The translations under genes and the position numbers were made by a program. From NCBI GenBank assembly GCA_965645245.1, contig OZ287083.1:1364001-1428000 (forward strand): a stretch of DNA of 64,000 bases, given 5' to 3'. Under the pieces are notes generated by a model. The model searched no databases. It saw nothing but the letters and a program-made list of their open reading frames with translations, and was not told the DNA's origin. Each line of letters starts with the position of its first letter. Position 1 is the first letter of the stretch. Below, piece after piece: positions 39,854-51,690 of the stretch. The stretch is from Massalongia carnosa (Eukaryota).

Positions 39854-42271
39854 CTAGTTACGATTTTTAATTCGAACCTCAATGTCACCAACCTCTCTGA
39901 CCAGCCGCCTCGCATCCTCGACCGCCACCCTACCCACCCTCTTCACCATCCCCCTCTCCTCCGCCTCCCGGAACCTCCCCCAGCGCTCCAACCCTTCCGT
40001 AGCAGGCAAATCCAGCGTCTCGTACCCCTGCCGAATCATCTTGCCCACCTCGCGCGGGCTTAGATTCTTGCCCATGCGGCCTTTTGCTTTTTCCGCTTGG
40101 AGGAGGTCGTGGTAGTGTGCGGAGACTTGAATGAGAAGGTCGATTGGGGAAGGTGACGTTACTGCTGCTGCTGCTGCTATAGAGGCGTTACTGGGAGGGA
40201 CGGGAGTGATGGCGGACGGCGGGCCGAGGTTGAACGCGTCGCGGAAGCGGGGAAGGTAATGGCCCGCTTCCACGAGCTTGTAGAAGAGATCGTCGTATGC
40301 GGCTGGTTCTGGGAGAAATACGTCACCCGCACAAACGGCGAGCGCGAGGCAGGCGAGGAAGGGGTCGAGGAGCGAGCGTAGGTCCTGGGGATGTTGAAGG
40401 GTAAGATCGGGAGCGTAGGTGGTGAGAAACCGAAGGAGGGAGAGAAGGGTTTGCCAGAGGAGGGACCAATGGTAGTGGAAACGAGTACAGCTGTGGACAA
40501 GGTATGCAAGGAGGCGATGGACGAGCGCTATGGTGGCGATGTAGAGGGGGAGGTCGAGGCGGCGACGGAGGTTGTGATTTAGGGTGTCAATTACGATGTC
40601 AAAGATTGAAGCAGCTGCTGGGCGAGGTATGGGGGTGGAGGGCAGGAAAGGAGGCCGTTGGCGGCAGAGGCGGACGGGTAGCGGAGAGGAAGGGTTGCAG
40701 AGATGTTTGCATAGGACGGGGTCTTCAATTATGATGCGGAGGGTGGAAAGGTTGAGGAGGCTGTAGAGGGTAGCGCGAGGGGAGCGATGGGCGTGATGGA
40801 GAATATAAGAGGTTAGAGATAAGAAGGCGCTGAAAGGGGCTTCCTGGGTGCTGGGTTCGGGGGGACAGGTGACGAGATTGAAGCAGAAGAGTTTGTTAGC
40901 ATTGGTGAAGTCGAAGGTCCCTAGAAGGATGGCAGCATCAGGCTCGGGCCTAATTGTGTGTGAGTAAAGGCTAAAACGACGTGTATCAGTTGCTACCTAC
41001 AACGCTGCGAACTGTTCCTTTGTATCTTCAATGCTTGGTGCATGCATAGTGGGTTTACCAGGAGCCAAAACGCCTAGACCGATGTAGCTCAAAGCAGCGC
41101 TTAACGTCCAGCCTTCATTGACGTCTTCTTGCAGTAATACATAGTGATCTCTAGATTGGGAGCAAACGCTAGCCAGACCCCTCACAATCTTCTGGATCGT
41201 GCTCTGGTTGACAAAATCTTCCAGTCTCAGGTGATAAGGGTTTTGAAACTCGAATTTATTGTAATTCGCCAAGAGTCCTAAGAGTAGAAAGGGTTCGAAT
41301 GCTGGTAGTGGGGCCTCGCTGTCCTGAATATACTGAAATCATAGGGATAGAATGTCAGCGTTTGGGTAAGTACTTTCCAATGAAAATATTGCACAACATA
41401 ATTCTGCTATTGCAGGATGTACAAGGATGCAGGAACTGAATGAATCCAATTGTATCTTAACACTCAATAGAAAGCCCGAAATGAGGGAGAATCTGGCTAA
41501 ATACCTTCATCAGCGCTGGGAATAGATCTCGATGCGTAAAATACGACACAAGGCTCGTCTGATATGCCCCGGAAGTTAAAGATATGGCAACTCGAATGGC
41601 TTTTTGACGGATCTCGACTATGGAATATAAGCATTCAGACGATGCCAAAACTGTTGAGGTACCTTACGAGATCTTCCCGTCCGTATGAGGCTTTCGATTG
41701 CATTGGCAAAATCCGAAAAGACTCCATCAACTTCGTTGAGCCCCGCAAGCACGGTAATGATATCGGTACTTGGATTTATATATCTCTTTGATAAGATGGC
41801 ACCTAGAACGACTGTCAAAGTCTGAAGCAGTAAGTGTCAAACATGGGTACGGAGGCTACGAGTCATTGCCTTACATCAAGAGCATTTTCATCCGAGGGTG
41901 CAGAGGCCGTCTTGATTTGACCAACCGCTCGTGCAAATAACTCCTGGGTTTCATGCTATCCGATCATTAATCAGACGGCAAGAGTGCTTGTACCAATCGA
42001 CGGTACCTGAAATTGAAGAAGCTGATCTGGTGTAAGGCTATCGAAGCGCCGTTGGAGGCTCGCCTTATCTGGCCTGAGAAGAAAGAATTCCAGCCAGAAC
42101 CCATCAGAATGAGTCATTTCGTCGTCGTCTTCATTCTACACGATCTCAGTTTTTAAGTCATTTGTGCTGAGCGTCTACCAAGCTTACTCTGAAGAGTTCT
42201 TGGTACAGGTGGGAAACTTTAGGTTGAAATGAACTTGGACGAGCCTGTAGGGTAAGCGGTGAAAATTCCAT
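39854..42271 (-). CDS. ARMH3/C10orf76-like protein (DUF1741 family)
   Basis: MEFSPLTLQARPSSFQPKVSHLYQELF, GFWLEFFLLRP, ITVLAGLNEVD, YFTHRDLFPALMK, LLGLLANYNKFEFQNPY, YDDLFYKLVE, IRQGYETL. Multi-exon with GT-AG joins checked in frame. Confidence 0.8.
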
Positions 42272-42557
42272 TCTGCGTTTGCGTATGTCTGTGGAAACAG
42301 ATTGCCTTTTCCACGTCGTTGATGATTTCTGAGCACTCCACGATGTTCTGAACAATAAGAGGGTTTGGCAGGGAGGTAGTATCTGATTACATGTTACATA
42401 GCATTCTGATGTTTCTTTTGCTTTTGCTCACGAAAGAACCTTGTAGCAAGCGGAGATGGCATTCACGTTCTTGATTCTTGAGTAGATATCATTGATAAGC
42501 CAGTTCCTTTTGCACGACAACATTTTTCTTTCAAGCCAGACAAAGGGTTCCCAGCAA

Positions 42558-42567
42558 ATCACGTGAT
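42558..42567. promoter_or_regulatory. Palindromic E-box ATCACGTGAT in the ARMH3-like/ISA1 divergent promoter
   Basis: Perfect 10-bp palindrome containing TCACGTGA (bHLH-type site). Function inferred. Confidence 0.35.
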
Positions 42568-42798
42568 ATGGACCTTTCTGCTTTGAGCCGTAGCTTCATC
42601 GTTGTTGCAGGTATCGCACAGGGATGATCTGTTACATGATCAGTGAAGGATGGAAAACCCGAGAGTTGGAAAACTGCAAAACTGCATTTACCTTATTACC
42701 AGAGTAGAGTACATAGTAGAGTACATATTAGAGTATAGAGTAAGTTGATATGCTTGTACACCGTACTCACATTCGCAACAGGCAAGGCGCTGCAGGTA

Positions 42799-42818
42799 AT
42801 CATGGTGATGCTGATTGG
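42799..42818 (-). promoter_or_regulatory. CCAAT-N12-RWT bipartite CBC:HapX-type site upstream of ISA1
   Basis: Minus strand agCCAATcagcatcaccatGAT, about 190 bp upstream of the ISA1 ATG. Confidence 0.55.
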
Positions 42819-43009
42819 CTCGGCATGATTTCTAAACTTTAAGCTGCATTGCCTTTTCGTTCAGTCAGTAGTTCAAGAAATAAATAAGGCTCTTATAATG
42901 ATTTCGTGATATCCTTATGTTTGCCTGCTCCTAGAATAAATACTATAATGATACCTAATCATATATCAACTCTCCTCATCAGCTCATAAGAGGCTTCTGT
43001 TCTCTCGTC

Positions 43010-43809
43010 ATGTCCGTCCAGCGGTGTACGCTTCCGCTGACATCATCGTACGGCATATTCAGATTCGCCGCAAACACCAGCGTACACACACCTCGCCCAT
43101 GCCCTCACATACTACGATACTTCAACTCAGGCGTTCATCTTCAGCTTTCCTCAAAACGGAAACTTCAAACTGCAACCGCATACCGGCCGAACTCTTTCGA
43201 TTCCATCCCTCCACCTCCGCGGAATGCTGGCGTGCCAGATACCTCGATGGCGGGAGCCATCCCAGAAATCAACAACACCCACCCCCCAAAGCTTACCAGC
43301 GAATATGCTTATCCTTCCACCTCATACCGAGATGAGACATCAAGCGTCAGTCTACCAGAGGCGGAAGCCCAAAAACCAAGACCAGTCACCCAATCCTCTG
43401 TGTCAAGACCCAGGACGTCCAGGTTACGGCCTCGAAAAGCTGCAATGTCTTTGACGACATCCGCCGTAAACCAGCTTCGAAACCTGCTTGCGCTACCGGA
43501 GCCAAAGCTCATCAGGATCGGAGTGAAGAATCGAGGATGCTCGGGGCTGGCATACCATCTTGAGTACGTGGAGAAGGCAGGAGCCTTTGATGAAGCGGTT
43601 GAGCAGGATGGTGTTAAGGTTCTGGTGGATAGCAAAGCGCTTTTCAGCATTATAGGAAGCGAAATGGATTGGGTGGAGGATAAGTTGAGCCAAAGATTTG
43701 TGTTTCGTAACCCTAACATCAGTCTGTATCTCCACCATCATGGCTGAAAGTCCACGCTAACAGGCTTCGAGAGGAACAATGCGGCTGTGGCGAGTCGTTC
43801 ATGGTTTGA
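43010..43809 (+). CDS. ISA1: Mitochondrial iron-sulfur assembly protein (HesB/IscA family)
   Basis: RIGVKNRGCSGLAYHLEYV, LFSIIGSEMD, FRNPNI|KEQCGCGESFMV*. Short intron about 43722-43771. Arg/Ser-rich presequence. Confidence 0.95.
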
Positions 43810-44709
43810 TATGTGGGGTTTAAGACATCGGCGCAAGTTACATCAACCTTAGCGGCATCACATCAGGCGTTTGAAACTGTGCTTCATGGCATTGAAATAT
43901 CATCAGTCCCGAGAAACAAGCACCTCTCTTGCACAATGTTATTAGAAGCCCTCTGTACTTCTCGCAACTAAAGAATTCCACCCATGAGCTTGTGCAAGAA
44001 TCAGGTCCCCTATATAATTTGATTGCCTGGCCATCTTATCTTGTACATCAACTCAAGAACAAGCCAGTGTGTAAATCCGTGTGAGAGTTACCCTTGCGAA
44101 AGAGATTGGTGGGGGTTTCTAAATCCAACTCAGAGAGGGTTACGATGACAGTGTCCTTTAAAGAAAGTAAATTTCGGCGTAGAATGGACGAGTTTCGTTA
44201 GAGAGTATGCAAACCTACGAGATGCCAACGTCAACGAGGAGTGTCGGGAACCGAACGCGTTACTAGTCAAATGGCCGGCATAACGCCATGGGTAGTTAGT
44301 TGGATCTGATAAAGCCCATCTAATCTCAGTCGACGGAGAGTCTTGGCATACATAATCCGTCAAGAGCCTCCGTCTTCCAACCCCTGATTGAACGTTTTCA
44401 AGCACTGTTTAGCCTTCCCGTCTACAAAGTTGAATCCTTCTAAACCCCGACTATGAATGGGAGACAGGATACGGTGTCCCGGCACCAGCCTATTGCCACC
44501 GAGAAGAACGGGCTTGACCACCGAGTTTATATTTGGAAGATTACGTGGACTCGGCATAGGTCGGAAAGCGTAGGAGATGGGAGATATGCTGAAATTGTAC
44601 ATTACTTAACGCCGTCCTGGCTGCCTGAGGGGATACTCGGTACTCGGCGAAGGCTCGGCCTCGGCCATACTTCGGCTCCTTAAAAGAGTGCCATAGTCAT
44701 CTTTTGGCC

Positions 44710-45915
44710 ATGTCCTTCAAACCGCCCAACAAAATGGTCAACGCACTCTCATCCGTCTTCCAACGAGCAACGGCATATCTTACACCAAGCGTATCATCGG
44801 ACTCGATTCCACAGCTCGACAACGGATTCGCAAAAGCTCCGGAGGGGGCTTTATTTCCTAAAGTAGACCCCGCCGTGGATGGCGAAGGATGCGATCATGA
44901 TTGCGCGAGCTGCACGATCAAATACCCGTGGACTTTCAAGATCGAGGAGAAGGATCAACTATATGGCCACATTAATGGATGGGCTACCCATGTGCTTGTG
45001 GCGACTGGCAAGACAGATTGGGTCAAGGACATTCAAGATGTAAAAGGGAGCGTTATGGAAGCGATTGGGAAGTACGGAAAGGAGCCAACCAACGGGGTAC
45101 ATCATCTCCCCAAGGCCATCTGTCTCATCATTGACACATGATCGCAGAGACTAATGCTCTCCGCCTCCAACATGCCAATTCCCGCGAATCAAGAGCACGA
45201 TCACTCCGCATCGGCCCCAACCACGGTCCTCCTCCTTCCCTCCTTCACCCTAATCGATAACGTCACGCCAGCTTCCGTCCCAGACCTCATCACCTATCAC
45301 ATTAACCTCGCCCCAACAGCTACAACTCCTCTCCTCCCATCGCCACCACCCCCAACCGAAAACTTGACCGTCCTCCCCCCTACGCAATCATCCACACCAC
45401 CTACCTCCCGCTCTCCATCCCTTCCCCCTCAACTATCTCCCTTTAAAAGCCGCCCTTGCCCCCATGATTACCTCATCCTCCTCTGCTCTCAACGCACCCG
45501 CGACGCCCGCTGCGGCCAATCCGCGCCCCTCCTCCGCCGCGAATTTGAGCGCCACCTCCGGCCCTTGGGCCTTTATCGAGACTTGCAAGACGAGCGGCCC
45601 GGCGGCGTGGGGATATATTTCATCAGTCATGTAGGCGGTCACAAGTATTCCGCCAACGTGCTCGTGTATCGCCGTCACGGCGGTGGGGTTGGCGTCCCGA
45701 AAGATATTCTGGCGGGGAAGGAAAAAGTGGAGCGGACAGAAAAGGAGAAGGGAATGGGGCAGGGGGAAGCGGGCCAGTGCATTTGGCTCGCGAGGGTGCG
45801 GCCTGAGGATTGCGAGGGCATCATCCGCTTCACCGTGCTGCAGGGGAAGGTGGTGAAGCCGGAGAGGCAGCTAAGGGGCGGGTTCGATCGGGCAAGGGGG
45901 CTCGTGAGCTGGTAG
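44710..45915 (+). CDS. Sucrase/ferredoxin-like [2Fe-2S] protein (Apd1/Aim32 family)
   Basis: HVLVATGKTDW, CSQRTRDARCG, HVGGHKYSAN (C-x8-C...H-x-G-G-H). Intron 45097-45147. Confidence 0.88.
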
Positions 45916-46330
45916 GTATGGATGAGTCAGCGGCATTGTTTTCTTGGCTGGGTTCCTGGAAAAAACGAAGCGGTGTCGGGTTTGAATATTAGCACAAAAG
46001 TGTTATCCCCCAGAATAGCCCTGCGCGAACACCTCTATGCATATATGTACACACACTTATATCCTAGGTATCCCCCCCCCCCGAGATCAGCCCTAATTGG
46101 ACTTGAGAACCCTTTTCCCTCCCTTTCCAATAACCCCTTATCCATTTTATCCAACCAAACCTAATCCAACTTAGACCCCCAGAACGCCTCGCTAAATTCG
46201 CTCACAGCAGAAAAGCCCAAAACCCTACGCTTTCCTCCCAATCCATGCCACATAACTGGCAGCCGGTTTGGCTTATCTTCCAAAACATCGGCTGCTGGCG
46301 GTGTGGCCCGAATAACTCCCGTCCCCCCCT

Positions 46331-47584
46331 TTACGTTCCCGGCTCCAAAGACGAAGGAGGAAGAATGGTGTACGGCAAATCCAGCGGCCCATGCGCCTCT
46401 GCCAGGCGAATCACGCTGTCACCGGAGCGCCACGATGAGGTCCGGCTCCGTGCGAATGCGGACGTGGTTGAGCAAGGCTTGGGGTGAATTCCCTTATTAT
46501 GCACAGAACGCAGGCTGGAGCTTGAAGGAGAGACGGGGCGGTTGGCGGGAGGAGAGGGGGAAGAGGCTGCTTCTGCGGAGGAAGAGGCTTCCTCATCATC
46601 GTCGGCGACGTGGGAGTCTCGGCGAAGAGGGGTATATTCAACCGTTGCGTCTGTGCGCACGCTTCCAGCTTCGCTGGTCCCTGCGTCGCTTGTCCTCTCC
46701 CCATCTTCGCCTGAAAGCAAAGCTGCTGCAACTGTCGGCTCTAGGGCTGTCATGCCCCGTAGGAATTCCGCGAACGAGCTCATTAAGGATCGAAACTCGT
46801 CTTCTGCGAGTGGGCGAACGGAAAAGCGCGCTTGCTCGTACAAGGTCAGGAAGGAGGCGCCGAGGGAGGGTGGGCGGATCATAGAGAGAGTAATAAGGTA
46901 AGAGATGTAGTCGCGTAGGCCCATTGGCGCGGGGCGTTGAAGGAGGGAGACGGCGAGGGGGTCCGGAGGGGGAGAGGTGAATGTAGGAGTGGTGGGTTGA
47001 GCGAAGGGATCGGGAGGAGCGAGGGAGACAGCTTTTGCTTCTATTAGGTGGGGCAGTTCAAGGATTATGGGGGAGAAGTGGAGGTTTGGGAGATCTGGAG
47101 AGGAGGGGGAGGTCCAGCCAGGGTGGCTTATGGTGCCCCATACTGGGATGGGGCGGGTACTCCCTTGTGGGCGAGTTGTGATTGCAGCAGGAGCGTTAGG
47201 GTTTCCTACTGGTAAAGTAATTGGTTCGTCGTTTTGCAGGTCTCGCGGGTGCGCCTTGTAGGCTATGAGTGCGCTTCTCTTCAAGTTCTCAATTACAACG
47301 CGACGCACACGCCACTCCACGTCACCCTTCTCAACGGGGGACCAGGCGCGCGGGATGTTGGCCAGGGCGCTGCGATTTGCGAACAAACGCCCAGCGTAGA
47401 TGAAGACGGCGGCAAGGAAGGCCAGCAGGTGGGTGCCGGCGATGATGAAGATGTGAAAGATTTGGCGATGCCGAAAGGCTTGGTAGATTTGGTCCCCTGG
47501 GGTGATGAGCATGAGACCCGCGAGCAGGAGGGTGAGGAGGGTGAATGTGGTGCTGTAAAATATGCGGAAGAATGGGATGTGCAT
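46331..47584 (-). CDS. DLT1: Defect at low temperature protein 1-like membrane protein
   Basis: FRIFYSTTF, LITPGD, two N-terminal TM segments, ISHPGW.SP.SPDLPNL, LPHLIEAKAVSLAPPDP, YEQARFS. Intronless 417-aa ORF. Confidence 0.75.
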   Translation of the reverse strand: MHIPFFRIFYSTTFTLLTLLLAGLMLITPGDQIYQAFRHRQIFHIFIIAGTHLLAFLAAVFIYAGRLFANRSALANIPRAWSPVEKGDVEWRVRRVVIENLKRSALIAYKAHPRDLQNDEPITLPVGNPNAPAAITTRPQGSTRPIPVWGTISHPGWTSPSSPDLPNLHFSPIILELPHLIEAKAVSLAPPDPFAQPTTPTFTSPPPDPLAVSLLQRPAPMGLRDYISYLITLSMIRPPSLGASFLTLYEQARFSVRPLAEDEFRSLMSSFAEFLRGMTALEPTVAAALLSGEDGERTSDAGTSEAGSVRTDATVEYTPLRRDSHVADDDEEASSSAEAASSPSPPANRPVSPSSSSLRSVHNKGIHPKPCSTTSAFARSRTSSWRSGDSVIRLAEAHGPLDLPYTILPPSSLEPGT

Positions 47585-47983
47585 TGTGAGAAGGGCATTG
47601 TGATAGTTTGAGTGAGTTGGAATGTTACATTGGCATCAGCATTAGCATTGTTAACTTATGATTGTGGTAGTAATGACGATTATCATTGAGGTATCATTGC
47701 GATGATATAGGAACTTAGGACAGATGTGCAATCCGGATAGGACGGGATCAAAGGGGGAACCTCGGGCCTTGCGGCCAAAGTCTTGGCATGCTAAGAACAT
47801 CGACGTAAAGAAATCGTCTACAGTTCTACATTCTGCAGCATCGAGATTCTCCCCGTCATCGTCGTTAAGCAGAGATTGTTCGGGTCGGTTTATTCCCTGT
47901 CACTTCACGGTTTCTTAAAAAACTCGAAAACTGTGTTTACAGCTTGCACCCTGTGTGGGTAGGATCAGGCGGATTCCCTTGAC

Positions 47984-50941
47984 ATGGCCGTGCCTAAAGA
48001 TACCCTTTTCCGCTCGGCGGATATGTCCTTGACCCAACTCTATATCGCCAACGAGATAGGTCGAGAAGTTGTCAGCGCATTGGGAGAGATAGGGGAGGTC
48101 CAGTTCCGGGATGTAAGTGAATTCAGTCTTCCCTCTACCCGGGCTTCCAAAGGAGGTTCGGCTGGGGCGGGTGAAAACACCTCATAGTTATCAAGCATGG
48201 CTGCTAATGATTTTTGTGCTATAGCTCAACTCCGAAACATCAGCTTTTCAACGAACTTTCACTCAGGAAATACGGCGCTTGGACAATGTTGAGAGACAGC
48301 TGCGTACGACTTAAGCGTGTTCAGCTATTGGGCTTAGAGTTAACCAAGTCTAGGCTATTTCCAATCTCAGATCGATAAGGAGTCAATACCCACGAGACCA
48401 CAGCATGAGTTCTCTAATATATTTGCTGCACCAACCGCTTCAGAAATAGATGAGCTTGCCGAGAAGAGCGAAAACTTAGAACAAAGGGTTGCATCACTCT
48501 ACGAAAGTTATGAGACTTTAAGGAAGCGTGAGGTAGAGTTGACAGAATGGAGATGGGTTCTAACCGAGGCTGGTGGATTTTTCGACCGGGTAAGGAACTT
48601 CAACCCCTTCTCCAAGGCTTTTACTCAAGCTGATAGGCGTTCAAGGCCCGTGGAAATGTCGACGAGATTCGACAGTCGACAGACAATGATGAGGCACCGC
48701 TACTACAAGATGTTGAGCAGCAGTCCCGAGGACGGAACGGAGATACTTCAGGACAACCGGCGCTTTCGATGATGAACATAGGATTCGTAGCGGGGGTTAT
48801 TTCAAGGTCGCGTATCGCAGCGTTCGAGCGAATATTATGGCGGACGTTGCGCGGCAATTTATACATGAACCAGTCCGAGATTCCGAAACCCATCATCGAT
48901 CCATCCAACAACGAAGAGGTTCACAAAAATGTTTTTGTGATCTTTGCACATGGTAAAGAAGTCATCGCGAAAATTCGTAAGATATCGGAGTCGCTTGGAG
49001 CAGATCTTTACAGCGTCGATGAGGATTGTGATCTTCGGAGAGACCAGGTGCATGAAGTCAACACTCGGTTAAGCGATCTGGCAAGTGTGCTACGCAATAC
49101 AAAACAGACGCTAGATGCGGAACTTACACAGATTGCGAGGAGTTTAGCTATATGGATAGTTATCATCAAGAAGGAGAAAGCAGTATATCAGACCTTAAAT
49201 CGCTGCTCCTATGATCAGGCCAGGAAAACCTTGATCGCCGAAGCTTGGTGCCCAACAAACTCACTATCACTAATTAAGTCAACATTACAAGACGTAAATG
49301 ACCGAGCTGGGTTATCGGTTCCTACTATCGTCAACCAAATTAAAACCTCCAAAACTCCACCAACCTACAACAAGAAAAACAAGTTTACTGAGGCTTTCCA
49401 GACAATCATTGATGCCTATGGTACTGCAAAGTACACTGAAGTCAACCCAGGCCTGCCAACGATTGTAACATTTCCTTTCCTGTTCGCTGTCATGTTTGGG
49501 GACTTTGGGCATGGCTTGCTCATGACCTTTGCTGCCGTTGCTATGATTTACTTCGAACGGCCACTTCAGAAAACGAAATTGAATGAGCTCGTGGCTATGG
49601 CATTCTATGGACGGTATATCATGTTATTGATGGGGGTTTTTTCAGTCTATACAGGCTTAATTTATAACGACGCCTTCTCAAAGTCCCTGACACTCTTTCC
49701 AAGCCAATGGGAGTGGTCAAAAGATACGACCGAGGCAAAGCCCAAAAACGGCTACACATACCCATTTGGACTTGACTGGGGATGGCATTCAGCGGACAAT
49801 GAGCTGCTATTTTCTAATAGCTACAAGATGAAGCTGAGCATAGTAATGGGATGGTTCCATGTAAGTGCCTTATCCAGGCCCGGAGTTGGCATTTCTGATC
49901 TATCTCAGATGACATATTCCTTATGCCTATCTTATATAAATGCCCGCCACTTCAAAAGCCCCATTGACGTTTGGGGCAACTTTGTCCCAGGGATGGTTTT
50001 CTTCCAATCAATATTTGGTTACCTTGTGTTCACAATCATATATAAGTGGTCCGTGGACTGGTATCCCGGTGGGCTCGCTAGGCCCGATGGGAAGCAGCCG
50101 CCTGGACTATTGAACATGCTCATCTACATGTTCTTACAGCCTGGCAATGTAAGTAAACAGGAAGAATTGTATCCTGGGCAAGCGATTGTTCAAGTCATTC
50201 TTGTAGTCATCGCTGCTACCTGCGTTCCAATCCTTCTGCTATTAAAACCTTTATATCTAAGATGGGAGCACAATCGAGCGCGTTCTCAAGGTTACCGAGG
50301 GCTTGGAGAGACATCTCGGTTCAGTGCGCTTGATGCGGATGATGAAGACGGCCATGCTATGAATGGACGGCGAGAGAGCACGAACTCCGAGCACGAAGCT
50401 GCAGCGATGATTACTCAGGATCTCGGCGTTGATGAAGAGCATGAGGAGTTTGAGTTCTCTGAGGTTATGATTCATCAAACGATACATACCATCGGTAAGG
50501 ATTCCTCAAAGATTCTCTAGCTTGCTTAAGAAGCTAACCTTACCAAGAATTTTGCTTGAATTGCGTTTCTCATACGGCATCATACCTCCGGTTATGGGCT
50601 CTGTCGCTCGCACATCAACAACTCTCGGTAGTCTTGTGGACCATGACTCTTGGTAATGCATTTGGAGCTACGGGGGTCCTGGGAGTCATCATGACCGTGG
50701 TGTTCTTCTACATGTGGTTTTTCCTTACCATTGCAATTCTTTGTGTAATGGAAGGTACAAGCGCGATGTTGCATAGCCTCCGGCTGCATTGGGTTGAGGC
50801 AATGAGCAAGCATTTCATGGGCGATGGGGTAAGTACCAATCTGCCCGTGTTATTGTGGAAGAGCGCTAACGATGGCTTTAGGTTGCTTTCGAACCTTTTA
50901 GTTTTAAGCTGCTGCTTGAACAAGAAGCAGAAGAAGGCTAG
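47984..50941 (+). CDS. VPH1: V-ATPase V0 subunit a
   Basis: [83 protein letters not shown]. Several introns; stop at 50939-50941. Confidence 0.96.
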
Positions 50942-51690
50942 ACGCTCGGTTGATTTGCTTTAGTGTAATCATAGTATGTAGAGTGCACACATGGATGTCT
51001 ATAATAGAACCCTGCATCATTGATTCTATGCTGGCTGCTGACGCCAAGGCATCATCGATTCCTCAAAATTGAGTCGAAACCACTCGATTAGTTTGGCTAT
51101 CTTGAATCCTTCCTATTGGTCGAGAGCGATTGCGGACTGTTCTCCGTAGACACAAGATGACGTTAAGTATTTACGTATTCACAATTCCCTGTAGGAGGCG
51201 TTGGTACTTTTCCCCAGGTTTCGCCAAAAACCCCACCAAGATTTTTCTCCTCATTTCTTAATAAATCGCTTTGCCCATTATCAACAAAGTGGCGGCAAGA
51301 GCTCTGTCTAATTAGCTATTTGCTCAGTGAGCCCTTTAATCAAGTCCTGCATTACCCACAGGAAAAAATAAGTCGTTCTTGTAACGTATGGAGGCTACAA
51401 CTCAAGAGATTCAATATAGGTCGTTCGCCTACAATCACTCTTGTTTTAGCAAGCAGTTTATCATCGAGTTGTATCGATCTTTCTCTACCTAAAGCATCGT
51501 TGCTGAACAATAAAAAAACCCTCCATCGCATCATAGCGCAAGCTGTCACGCTGTGATCCGAAGAAAGTTTTCAGCCATAGGCTTACTCCGAAGAGGATCT
51601 ACAAAACGAGGAGTCAGCTCCGTCAAACCTTGAAGACAAAAAAAGCCGCAAAAGGGGATCAAGAGTTGAAGGGTACAAAAAATTCCTAGT

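Noticed and set aside
43708..43717. TAACCCTAAC, resembling a telomerase RNA template
   Set aside because: It lies inside the ISA1 CDS and encodes the conserved NPN.
44100..44700. Possible ncRNA between ISA1 and the Apd1-like gene
   Set aside because: No convincing C/D, H/ACA, snRNA or RNase P/MRP motifs by eye.
49861..49908. In-frame, stop-free 48-nt VPH1 intron
   Set aside because: Short enough to be stop-free by chance, and retention would break a transmembrane helix.
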